Source of the DNA: Camelus ferus
Taxonomy: Eukaryota
NCBI RefSeq assembly: GCF_009834535.1
Contig: NC_045717.1
Coordinates: 26,474,001 to 26,538,000, forward strand
Direction: 5' to 3'
Length of the DNA stretch: 64,000 bases
The position numbers were made by a program, and so were the translations under genes. This document shows positions 54,301-64,000 of the stretch, in pieces. The number at the start of each line of letters is the position of its first letter. The first letter of the stretch is position 1. Under the pieces are notes generated by a model, which saw nothing but the letters and a program-made list of their open reading frames with translations, was not told the origin of the DNA and made no database searches.

Positions 54301-55161
54301 CCAGGAAAGTGGGCTGGGGCTCCACAGGGGGCAGGGTGTGGGCGGGGGGCTACTCACTAGGTGGGTGGGTAGGCTCAGTGGTCAGGGCACATGGGGGACA
54401 TCAGAAAGTAGAGAGGCTGTGGGTGGAACCTTGTGAAAGCAGCCTCTGGTAAGGTTCCCCGCCATCTCACCTTTCCCTGTCCAGTTCCTCCAGCAGCCGG
54501 ATGGTGGCCCGGCTCAGCTCCCCAAAGCTGTCCTTGGAGGGCCCGGAGCTGTGTACTGGGCTTTCCTCAGGGGTCTGGGCAGCTGGCTCTGGGGCCAGAG
54601 CCGGGGGCTGGAACTTGAGGTTGTACAGGCTGGTGATGTCCATCTGCAGGGCTGGATGGGTGCGGAGGGAGAGGCCCAGTGAGCACCCCTCCCCCCTCCC
54701 AGTTCCCGCTGGGAGTGGGCCAGGGGCTGCCCCAGTGTGCGGGGGGTGGCCCCCAGGCCAGCCCCTTACCTTTCAGCTGCTCCAGCACCTCAGTCTGCCC
54801 CGAGGACACCAGCACTCGGGCCTCCTGCTCCAGCTTGCCCTGTAAGTGCTTCAGGACCTCCTGAAGGTGGAGACAGGAAAGAGGGCGGTCAGCATCTGCA
54901 CTGTGCCGGGTCCAGTCCCCTGGGAGAGGCCCCCAGTCCTGCCTGCCCATCCCTGGGTCCAGCACCCTGGGGTTTGTCCCTGAGACCCCGGCCCACATCC
55001 CCTGCCCTGCCTCCCCTTACCTTCATGCCTGATGTCTCTGTCTCCAGCTTGGACAGGTGGCTTGAGTTATCCCGAAGCTCCTGCCGCAGGTGACTGTTCT
55101 CGGCCTTCAAGGCCTCCACCTGCCGCACCAGCTGCTCATAGGGTGCCACGGAGCTCGTCAT
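37895..55161 (-). CDS. APC2: Adenomatous polyposis coli protein 2 (APCL), 14 coding exons, about 2271 aa after correcting two apparent 1-nt insertions
   Basis: Exons 55021-55161 ([25 protein letters not shown]), 54770-54860, 54471-54651, 53444-53552, 53204-53320, 52500-52577, 52202-52300, 51288-51677 (frameshifted), 50476-50571, 47630-47769, 47156-47233, 46920-47036, 46379-46593, 37895-42860. Armadillo repeats, 20-aa repeats ([25 protein letters not shown]), SAMP repeat (CIGSAMP) and basic C-terminal region are recognisable. Confidence 0.95.
42285..42349 (-). repeat. APC2: Coding trinucleotide repeat (GCC)13 plus (ACC GCC)3 in APC2 exon 15
   Basis: GGC x13 on + at 42305-42343; translation SLAT-A13-TATATATT. 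Confidence 0.95.
42935..43242. mobile_element. MER53-like hAT MITE-derived AT-rich sequence, left part
   Basis: GGTGCCCAGGTAACTTTGAATTTCAG resembles the recalled MER53 arm GGACGCCCAGTTAAATTTGAATTTCAG. Confidence 0.5.
43243..45540 (-). mobile_element. 5'-truncated L1 (ORF2 remnant plus 3' UTR, cetartiodactyl-type tail) in APC2 intron 14; contains the N gap 43566-43760
   Basis: Minus-strand ORF2 remnants ([31 protein letters not shown]; [11 protein letters not shown]; [11 protein letters not shown]) and a typical tail starting at about 43243. Confidence 0.92.
45541..46235. repeat. AT-rich tandem array (about 230-bp unit, 3-4 copies) built on a MER53-like hairpin core
   Basis: AAGTATATCCC..GGATA.ACTTACACTAAAAA..TACATTAGAAGCATTA recurs at about 45575, 45730, 45955 and, partially, 46195. 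Confidence 0.8.
48400..48985 (+). mobile_element. Old L1MB-like 3' end fragment
   Basis: GTCCATCAACAGATGA, ACGTCCAGAACAGGC, TACTTAATGCCACTGAGCTGTGCCCTTAAACATGGCTAAGATGGTGAATTTT. Confidence 0.8.
49188..49518 (+). mobile_element. Charlie1-like hAT DNA transposon, internally deleted
   Basis: The 5' part TTTTGGTCTTGGGACCCC..TTGAGGACCCCAGAGAG and the 3' end GGGGCCCCGGGACC..TGAGAACCGCTG match recalled Charlie1 termini. Confidence 0.65.
49893..50001 (+). mobile_element. tRNA-derived SINE (camelid type)
   Basis: GGGGTATAGCTCAG..CTTAGCATGCCTGAGGTCCTTGGGTCAATCCCCAGTACCTCC plus AT-rich tail. Confidence 0.85.
50811..50979 (+). mobile_element. tRNA-derived SINE (camelid type, long form)
   Basis: GGGTGTAGCTCAAGTGGTAGA..ATGCTTAGCATG..GAGGTCCTGGGTTCAATTCCC, AAATAAATAGACCTAATTA..CCCC..(AAAT)n, poly(A). 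Confidence 0.88.
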
Positions 55162-57899
55162 CTTCAGCTCCTGCAGTGCCTGGAGCCACAGGAGAGAGGA
55201 ATCATCCAAGGGCCTGGTGAGGGGCTGGCCCCTGACCTAAGCCCAAACCCTACAACCCAAACCTGGGGTGGATCTTGGGCCAGAGTGGCTGGTGTGGCCT
55301 GCTGCAGAGAGGACAGTGCTGGCCCAGGGAATCCGAGGGACAGACAACACGGCAGATGGAGTGACAGACATAGGCAGAGACAACGGGAAACAGATGGATA
55401 CAGCCATCAGACAGGTGTTCAGACAGACAGCCCACTGACCAACAGACAAGACCCAGATAGCCATCGGCCCTCACTGCTGGGCCTGGACATATATGCTGAC
55501 AACCCCCTAGAAGGACAGACAGCATGATAGTTTAAACCAGCAGGTGGACTGGCCAGCCCACTGCCACCAGGCTCATAGACACATAGCCAGAGAGACAGAC
55601 AGACAGATGGATGGACAGCCAAGACCCTCTCCTGAATAAAGATAGCTATGCAGAGGCTGGGTAGACAGCCTGGCACCTGGTCCAGTCGCTGGACAAGAAT
55701 GCCGTGGAGGTTCCAAGAAAGCCATGGTCAGGCTGACAGTGGAGCCCCTGTGGCTGGACAGCAGGACAGACAGACCCCAACCTACCACGGTCACCCTGAG
55801 GGTGTGGAACCTGGATGCCCTGCAGCCCCCACACCCCCCCATCAGTGGTTGGACCTGGAGTAGCTACCTGCCTGGCCTGGTGCCCCTCCGGTCAGCCCTC
55901 TGCCAGCCCCTGCAGCCCCCGGTGTCCCACGCCCCATCCCCAAGGCTCTGCCACCGCCGCTGGCTTCTTTGTGTGTCTGGCTGTCCTTTCTTGCTCCAGC
56001 CCAGCCTCCTCCCTCTGTCCAGCTGGCCAGTGCCTCCTCCCTCTGCTTGGCGCTTGGCCCTCCAGATGAGCCGTCCCAACCCCGGCCCCCCGTCCTCTTT
56101 GTTCCCTTCCCATCAGCCCTCACCCCCTCCCTCCGCCTTTGTCTGAGGTACACCAATGGCAGCCCATCCCCTCCGCCACCTCCTCCCTGGGAGCCCCCTC
56201 GCCCCGCCTGCCTGAGCCCCCTCCCCAGATCAGTCAGCCCTTGCCTGCCCACAGCAGGGCACCTGATCCCTCCCTCTCCCCCTCAACCTGGCAGCCCTCG
56301 GCCCTCATTCATTCAGTGGCTCATTATCCTCCTCTCTCTCCTCCTCCTCCTCCCCTGCTGAGTCCCCCACCAACCCTGGGGTCCCCAAGGGCACAGCTGG
56401 ACCTGGAGTTGGGGGAAGAACTCAGCCCCAAGTGGGGTCAGTCCATTCTAACCGCTCAGGATCTACTGTGGGCCTGGCCCTGTCATCTGACTCCTTGTCA
56501 CAATCCTGAGTCTCAGGGACCACCATTAGGCTGTTCAGAGAGAGTAACGGAGGCTAGTGGACACACAAGGCATGACTGGAACCCAGATGCTGCCTTGGAA
56601 GTGTCTGGAAGTCCAGGCAGTGCTGGACACACAGAAGCACCTCCCGACCCAAGACCTTGGTTTTCATGTCTGACGAATGGGGAGAACTCGGTTGGCCAGG
56701 CCTGTCTTGTGGGCTGATGTGAGTCTAGGTGGGGTGGTGATCATGGAGCAATTTGCAAGTCCCAGGCAGATGGGGAAGTCCCATGAGGACAGTGTGTCAG
56801 GTGGGGGAGGCTGGCTACCTGATGACCTCAGCCTTCCCTGCCACGGCTTAGTCAGGGGTCCCAGCTGGGGATCAGAACAGACCAGGGTTGCAGCCAGACC
56901 CCTACAGTCCTGATGGAGCCCTGTGTCCTGGCTGAGCCATCACGCCATGCCTGGCCGGGGGGAGCACGCGTCCTGGGCACGTCCTCCCATGCCCCAAACC
57001 CAGAGCACCCCACCCGGGCCCTCTCCCAGGCTGTGCTCACAGGGCTTTTCTGGAATGGCCCAGGCCAGGCTTCAGACATCTTTGCTCCCCCCACACCTAG
57101 TGGTCACTCCCGAGTTCCCATCAAACTGAACTTGGCAGCAAGGCCGCCCACCAGGCTCCCTCATTATAATCTGGATTCACAAACACCACATTCTCACAAA
57201 CCCCTCAAGCTCTGCTCAGCTGGACCCTCCCAGGGAAGCCTTGCCAGCCTTTTCCTGGCCTCCCACAGTCCACTTGGCAGGCTCAGCCAGAGGGAACTTC
57301 GAAAGTCACAAGGAGAGTTCCATTTCTTCCCTGACCCAGTGTCTCCATGGCTTCCCAGCCCCCTCAGCATAAGATGTGACTCCTCCACACACACCCCACA
57401 TCACTGCCACCAGCAGCTCTCTTTCCCCTAGGCCTTTGCACATTCAGTTCTCCTACCCCAAACACCTTTCCTGATTCCTGCTATCCCTCACATGCAACTT
57501 CCTCCTAGAAGCTCTCCTGCCTACCCCTAGCCCCCAGGCTGCCTCAGGGCCCTGCATCAGAGATCTCCATCACTGACGGGAAAGCACCAAGAGCTGGCGG
57601 TTTGTCTGAATGAGCACCGAGGGGCCGCATTTCCTCTAATCTGACTGGCCCCCAGAGAGGTGCAGCACCATCTCCTAAAGCACACAGCAGGCCTGCCGGC
57701 AGACTCTGGGAGGTCTGGGTGTTGAAACCTGTGAGTGGGTGTTTGCGCGGGACCAGCTGCTGCGCAGCAGACGCCCACCTCCCTGGGACAGTTTCTCCTC
57801 TGGCTCCAAGCTGAAGAAAGAGGCTTCGGAGTGTGTGCTGAGGCAGAGAGAAAGGGATGCAGATCCACGGCAGAAGAGGAGGCCGCACCCCCTGCCCTC

Positions 57900-58320
57900 C
57901 ACCCAGGGAAAGCGTTCGCTTACTTTATCTCACTGGGGCTCGGCTGGCCGGGGCGCCGAAAGCCTGGGTCTTCCTCCCTCAGCCCAGCTCCGCGGGCCCC
58001 GCCCGAGCTCCCAGTCCTCCAGGGACGGGGCGGCCTCGGGGCGTGGATTCCGGGGCTCCGGGGTTTTGTCGTCGAGGGCGAGGGGCTCTGTGGCGAACAA
58101 AGCCCGGTCCAGGGCCTGACCAGGCGGCGCCGCCGCTCTGGGCGCTGGGCGAGACCACAGCGAGCGGGGGAGGATGCAGGATGCGGGATGCAGGCGCGGC
58201 GGCCAATGGCGGAGCGGGAAGATGGGCTGGTGCCATGGCAACAGCCAATGGCTGCCCGGGGCGGGGATCAGCGGCTGCCGCCGGGCATCGGACCTCCGCA
58301 CGGGTTCAAGGGGGTGTGCA
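57900..58320 (-). promoter_or_regulatory. APC2: Proximal CpG-island promoter / non-coding first exon of APC2, with an RFX X-box flanked by two CCAAT boxes
   Basis: GTGCCATGGCAAC at 58230-58242; CCAAT at 58203-58207 and 58245-58249; candidate minus-strand donor AAA|GTAAGC at 57924/57923. Confidence 0.65.
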
Positions 58321-60519
58321 TGTGTGGGGGTGAACCCCCAAAAGGAAGGGCGCACCCTGAGGACCACGACCTCGTGTCCTCCACCCCATTCTGGGGTGAA
58401 ATGGCCTCTTGGAAGCGCCCATGGCTGGATCTGCAGAATTTGATAGTAAACCATCCAGTCTTGGATGTTACATCAGAATCTTAAGGTGGAGGGAGGGAAG
58501 CTCCAGGGGCAGGACAGAAAGCCCTTCCCTAAAGATCCAGCCTGGTCTTGTTCGGATGGGTCAGAGCAGGCCAGGTTTGGGGTTCCAGCTGGACCCCCAC
58601 CCCAGGATTCTGGCTGGTGTAGGAGTTGAGCGTGGTGGATGGGCAGGCACGCTGGGAAGCACCTGGGACCCTGCATTTCTCCCCATTTCTCCCTGTCTCC
58701 CTGGCAGAGGGTCAGCACCTCTGTGGGCATCTGCTGTGACATCATGTCCCTGCCCACATCCCCCTGCTTTCTTTAAATCTCTGTCTGGGTCTCTGTCTCT
58801 GGTCGCACCCATAATTCACCTTCACATAAGGGAAGCCAGAGGAGGGAGGGGTCTGGGGTACCAGGAGTACATGTCCCTAGCTGTCTCAGATCAACCATGG
58901 GTCCCCAGAGGCCACTTGAGGGTTTAACATCAAAAGCCCAAATCTGCAGCTGTGGCTCAGGTTGCCCGCTGTCTGAAGGACAAAGGAGGCACCAGGACCA
59001 GGAGATGTGGGGGCCTGAATGTTCAGGGCCTCCAGAGCTGGACACAGCTGCCCCCAGCCTGTGGAGCTTGGGAAGGGGGGTGCAGTGGGCAGAAAGGCTC
59101 TTTCCAGAGGCTGGGAAGGCTGCACTGAGAAGGGGACACTGGTGCTGGGGCTTTTCAGAATGACTAAGAGTTGGTCATGGGGTCAAGGAGGAGAAAAGCA
59201 TTCCAGGCCGAGGAAACAGCATGTGCAATGCCCAGAGCCAGGAGAAACCAGAGACCACTCAGGAAAGATGGACTCCTGGGGGGCCACGGAGGACAGAGGG
59301 CAGTGGGGCTGGACCAGAGAAGTTATGAAGCATTTAGAGCAGGGGCAGTCCCCCTGGAGGAGTCATGGGGCTGAACTGACTACGGAAAAGCAGGGCAGAC
59401 TGGGCAAAGCTAGAATGAGGGTGGGGAGAGGACAGAGCCTGGGGCCCTGGCTTCAGCTGCACCTCGATTTCCCTGAATGCCCTTGGGCATGTCTCTCTCT
59501 GGCCTCAGCTTCCCCTTTGATCACTGAGAGGTGGGTTGGAGAATCCCTGCCCCCACCCCGACTGGACCTAAGTCTCAGCTCCCCTACCCAGTCTCAGATG
59601 TCACTACTCTCTAGGCCCCTCAGCCAGACCCTTAGAGCTGGCAGAGCTTGGGAGGGTCCCATGGCCAGTCTTGTCCTTGTACACATGGGGAAACAGGCTC
59701 AGGACAGGGAGCACATTGCTTGAGTTCATGCATGAGCCCCATCAGGCCCTCCCTGGGCACTTATCACTCTGGGTGTGGCTGGGGCCTGGAAGGCTGAGGG
59801 CACATGGGAGCTGAGGCTCTAGGGCAAAATGCCCTTGTCTCCAAGCCTCTGGAACATCACGTCCCTGACACCACTCCAAATCCTTGACCCCGTAAATCTT
59901 TGAACCACAACCAGACTCAGGATCACTGGACATTCTAGGACCACAAGAGCCTTGGGAAACTCAGGAGCCTCCCAGGACCACAGACCCAATCTCAGGGAGC
60001 TGAGACAGCGCAGTCACCAGGCCCAGTGGGGGGCCCTCTCCAGTCTCCCTCCCTGGCATCTTCTGCGCCCCCTACCGCGCAAAGATCACTTCTTCCCATC
60101 CCCACCATGAAACACCCCCCCCCCCCAGGACTCAGCCCGGCACACAGCCAGTCACTCACGGAGCAGTCTTTGGGCCTTCTGAGCCTGACCCCGGGCGTCT
60201 CTTCCCTCTTGATTCCTCGCCCTTCCCCACTGAGCCTGCGCTGTGTCAGGGGCTAGGGGCGGAACCAGGGTGTCCCTCAACTTGGAGCTGGATGGGGGCG
60301 CAGCGGAGCAGGAAGGCACGAGGTGGTCATGAGATCAGAGATGGGTTTGGGCTGGGTGGTTGGGCAAGGGCCCTGACAGTTGAGGGGGCGCCCCTGAAGA
60401 GGGGCAGGGGGGGTTGGCCGGACTAGGCTGATTTCCCGATTCCCAACCCGGGATGGGTTGCCTAACCAGGGTTCTGGGCCTCAGTTTCCCGGGAGTGGAG
60501 CGTGTGGGCGTGAAGCCCC

Positions 60520-60540
60520 GTCAGCACCGCGGACAGCTCC
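60520..60540 (+). promoter_or_regulatory. RE1/NRSE (REST-binding silencer)
   Basis: GTCAGCACCGCGGACAGCTCC versus consensus TTCAGCACCNCGGACAGCGCC; it lies between the two APC2 promoters. Confidence 0.85.
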
Positions 60541-60899
60541 CGCAGGCCTCCAGGTGGTGTCCTCTGCTGGCCCCTCCCTTCGGCGCTCAGGCTGCAGCCC
60601 TGCCTGCGTCGTGACCTTGGGGTCCCCGCTACACTCCTCCAGCCTCAGTTTCCTCTTAAAGAGGGGATGTTCTAGCCTCAGGATTCAGAAAGATTTCGCG
60701 GCCGGGAAAGCGCTCGTGCCGGGTGGGATGGATATTACTATAACCATAAGCGTGGGAGCACATCTAAGTGGACCCTACACTCCGCGTCCAGAAGGGGAAA
60801 CTGAGGCCTGGAGAGGTGCAGGGCGTGGCACGGTCCCCCCACCGGATTGGGCAGGGCGGAGCCTCGACACAGCAAGTCCCGGCAGCAGCTCCTCTGCCC

Positions 60900-61550
60900 T
60901 AGCCAGTTTCCTCGACTGTGCAGTTGAGGAGGGGTCCAGGGTGCCTCCCTCGGAGGCCGAAAGCTGGACCTGGCAAGGCCGCGCTTGCGCAAACCCCGAG
61001 TGAGGGTGTCGCTGCGGTGCGGGGGAGGGGCTCCCAATCCGGCATCCATCTTGAGGCGGTTTCCCTGGCAACAGTCTCCACAGCGACTACTTGAGACCCC
61101 AGACCCGTCCAGATTTCGTGCACGTGCCCGTGTGCCTCCTGCTGCCGCGACCACGTTCCCGCGGTCCTCATCCCGTCCCGGGTTGCGGCTCTCTCGCCCT
61201 AGCCGTGCTTACAGTCAGGCCCCTCCCCCGGTGGCCGAGACCCCCGCGCCCTACCTGGTCCCCGAAGAAAGCCGAGTGCAGCAGGCTCAGCAGCCCCAGG
61301 AGCCCCATGGAGCCGCGGCCGCCTAGACCAGCCCGCGCCCCGCCCCTCTACCGCCGGGGGTGGGGGTGGGGGGGACCGGCCTGGACACCCTGCGCCTGCG
61401 CGGAACAAGGGGTGGAGAGGGGTCACACAGCGAGGCCAGGGCGGGGACTCTAACGCGAAGAGGGAGAATGAGGGGGGTGTGGGGTCTCGCACGGGCTAGG
61501 GGACGGTGTCTCGAGGGACTAAGGACTTGGGAGGGGCGGCCTGAGGAGAT
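60900..61550 (-). promoter_or_regulatory. APC2: Distal CpG-island promoter region of APC2
   Basis: CpG-rich, GC boxes, X-box-like GTTTCCCTGGCAAC at 61059-61072, CCAAT at 61034-61038; contains the candidate upstream coding exon. Confidence 0.6.
61255..61308 (-). CDS. APC2: Candidate upstream coding first exon of APC2 (MGLLGLLSLLHSAFFGDQ)
   Basis: ATG lies in a CpG island and the exon ends in donor CAG|GTAGGG. Splicing to the acceptor at 55179 gives in-frame ALQELK followed by MTSSVAPY. Confidence 0.65.
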
Positions 61551-61849
61551 CCCGAGTGAGGGAGGTGGGGGCGGGGACCTGCGCGAACAGAGACAGTGGG
61601 GAGGGGCAGGGGTCTGACCAGGTTGGGGAGCCCTAGAGGTGGGGGAGGGTTCTCTGGGGGCGGCGGAAGGGCGGGGAAGGGCTCTCACGGGAGCTGTGGG
61701 AGCGGTCTGGTTGGAAAGTGGGCCCGGGGTAGGAAGGGCCCCACTGAGGATGGAGATCTCGGGGGGATGGAGCGGGGCTCCGCCCTTCGGCCACAGTCGC
61801 TGCGCGCTTGGACTGTGTTTCTGCAGAGGCCGGGGCTGCGCATTCCGTT

Positions 61850-62200
61850 CATTAGTCATTCAGCAAACACGGGCTGCGCGCCTGCTGTTTGCTAAGTTCT
61901 GAGCTGGGCGCTGGGCACGGAGAGGACTGATGGGGCGATACCACGCATAACCAGTCACTTAACTAACACTTATTAAGCACCTACTGTGTTCTGGGCCCTG
62001 CGCAATAAACAGTCAAATCCCCTGCCCACGGGCAACTGACATTGAAGGGAGAGGGACAAACAGTCAATAAGACATGTTCTAGCTGTGGGCGCCGAGGGGA
62101 GGCGGGGGTGGGGGGTGGGCGTGAAGGTCTGCTGAGAAGGACACTTGAATAGAGAGAGACCTGAGAAGTAACTCAAGAGAGAACAGCATCCGGCAGAAGA
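61850..62200 (+). mobile_element. L2 fragment
   Basis: CATTCATTCAGCAAACA-like text, TATTAAGCACCTACTGTGTTCTGGGCCCTG and AAGGACACTTGAATAGAGA. Confidence 0.6.
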
Positions 62201-63359
62201 ACAGCCAGCACAAAGGGAAGGGACAGGAGGTGACGGCGAGGAGGTGATAGGGCGGGTCAGGCTGTGCAGGGCCCGGGGGTGCGGTGGGCAGAGCAGGGAC
62301 GCGCCCCATCTGTGCTCACATGCGTTCTCTGGTGGCTAAAGGGAGAACAGGCCGTGGGCAGGGCCGAGAGACCCGGGGCGAGAGGACCGCCGGTCCGGGA
62401 AGGGTGGGGTAGGGGAAATGTGGGGGACAGTGGGAGGACAGCAGGAGCGTGGTTGGGAAGGATGGTGGGTAGGGCCGGCGCGGGTCGCGGAGGGGGCGTT
62501 ATCATAAGCTCTGCCATGTCCAGGGAAGGCAAAGCAGCAGCAAGAGAAAGGGGCACTACTTTGGCGGGGATGGTGAGGGTAGTTAGTCTCCAGGAGGTGG
62601 TACCGTGAATCAGCGGGAAGGGCGTCCGGGCAAAGCGCACCACCCGTGGGAAGGCTTGTAGGGGGAACGCCTGGAGAGGCTGAAGAGCAGCGGGGAGGCG
62701 GGGCTTCCTGCACCACGGGGGGACCCCGGGCGTTATTGCCGAGCATGGGGAAGACAGTGGGGGAAGAAAGGGGAGGATGACCTGCATTTCCTTTGACATC
62801 CAGGTGGGAGGTGGTGGAGGCCTCGCTTGGGTGGTCGTAGTTGGGGCGGTGGGACGAGGTCGAGCCAGGTTCTGAAGATAGCTGACCGACCAGAAGGCCA
62901 GGCTGAGCCCCCAGTCCCAGCGATGGAGCTGCCTCTGACTGAGCTGGTGGAGGCGGCCAGCGGCCTTGGGGTAAGTACTCTTGTTCTAGAGCCCAAGGGA
63001 GCGGACAGAGGCAGAAATGGGGCGCGAAGGTCTGAAGGCGGAGCCCAGACGAGAGGGACCGGGTGCTGCTGTCCTGGGTTACAAGGACCCCTGCCCCGCC
63101 CCCCCGGACCCCCGAAAGTGCTCCTGGATTAGGGTGCCACCTTGCGGTTGCAGCGTGCGCCGCAGTGTGGCTAGGCCGCAAGTCTGACTTATGATACTAA
63201 TACACGTCTCCTAGTCACCCTTCATTGTCACACAAACTGCAGAAGAAGTGTGATCGCTTTAAAGAATTAAAAATGATCACTGCCGCTTCTGCCCTGAGTG
63301 CACTCAAGTGGCCAGTGGTGACCAGGGCGGAAGTTTTGTTCAAAGCTTCAAAAGGTGAC

Positions 63360-64000
63360 ACGCAGAAAGGCCATCATTAAAAAGTCCACGAATGGTAAAT
63401 GCTGGAGGATGTGGAGAAAAGGGACCCCTCCTGCACTGCTGGCGGGGATGCAGCTCGGTGCAGCCACTGTGGAGGACAGTATGGAGGTTCCTTAAAAAAC
63501 TAAAACTAGACTTACCCTATGACCCAGCAACTCCACTCCTGGGTACACACCCAGAGAAAACTAATTTGGAAAGACACATGCACTCCAATGTTCACAGCAG
63601 CACTATTTACAACAGCCAAGGCACTGAAGCAACCTACTTTCCTGATAAAGAAGCTGTACATACACACACATGGAATACCACTCAGCCATAAAAAAAAGAA
63701 TGAAACAATGCCATTTGCAACAACATGGTTGGACCTGGAGATTGTCATACTAAGTCAGAAAAAAAATCTTATGATGTCACTTATATGTGTAATCTAAAAA
63801 AAGGGGACACATAAACCTATTTACAAAACAGTGAGTCACAGAAAAACTCATGGTTACCATGGGGGAAGGGTGGATGGGGAGAGATAAACTGGGAGTTTGG
63901 GATTAGCAGAAACACATTACTCTATATAAAATAAACAATGACCTACTGTACAGCAGAGAATTATATTATCTTGTAATAACTTATGATGAAAAAGAATATG
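63360..64000 (+). mobile_element. 5'-truncated L1 (end of ORF2 plus 3' UTR), running off the window
   Basis: [49 protein letters not shown]; 3' UTR TTTACAAAACAG..GGTTACC..GAGATAAACTGGGAGTTTGGGATTAGCAGA. Confidence 0.92.

Noticed and set aside
62336-63181. 281-aa minus-strand ORF at the right end, considered as RPS15 or another gene
   Set aside because: No similarity to RPS15 or any known protein. By synteny RPS15 should lie beyond the window.

Overview
This is GC-rich mammalian genomic DNA, not prokaryotic. It is syntenic to the human chr19p13.3 block ADAMTSL5-REEP6-PCSK4-C19orf25-APC2. The tRNA-derived SINEs look camelid (Camelus/Vicugna), which is inferred from remembered SINE consensus. 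I rebuilt five protein-coding genes exon by exon from splice sites and recalled orthologue proteins. ADAMTSL5 (+) has 12 coding exons, 484 aa. REEP6 (-) has exon 3 hidden in an N gap. PCSK4 (+) has 15 exons, 764 aa. C19orf25 (+) encodes 118 aa. APC2 (-) has 14 coding exons, about 2271 aa once two apparent 1-nt insertions in one exon are corrected. Between them are CpG-island promoters and L1, L2, MIR, MLT1, hAT and SINE remnants. Best leads: (1) an alternative-frame ORF of about 260 codons, with an in-frame 18-bp repeat, in the REEP6 3' UTR; (2) a 78-bp perfect inverted repeat between the convergent ADAMTSL5 and REEP6 3' ends; (3) an upstream APC2 exon adding an in-frame hydrophobic N-terminus; (4) a REEP6 retina-type exon that stays in frame only via a shifted donor; (5) a MER53-like hairpin array in APC2 intron 14; (6) an expanded Ala13 tract in APC2; (7) overlapping poly(A) signals shared by C19orf25 and APC2. 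No CRISPR array, rRNA or genuine tRNA gene was seen. All orthologue and repeat-family comparisons are from memory, not from searches.
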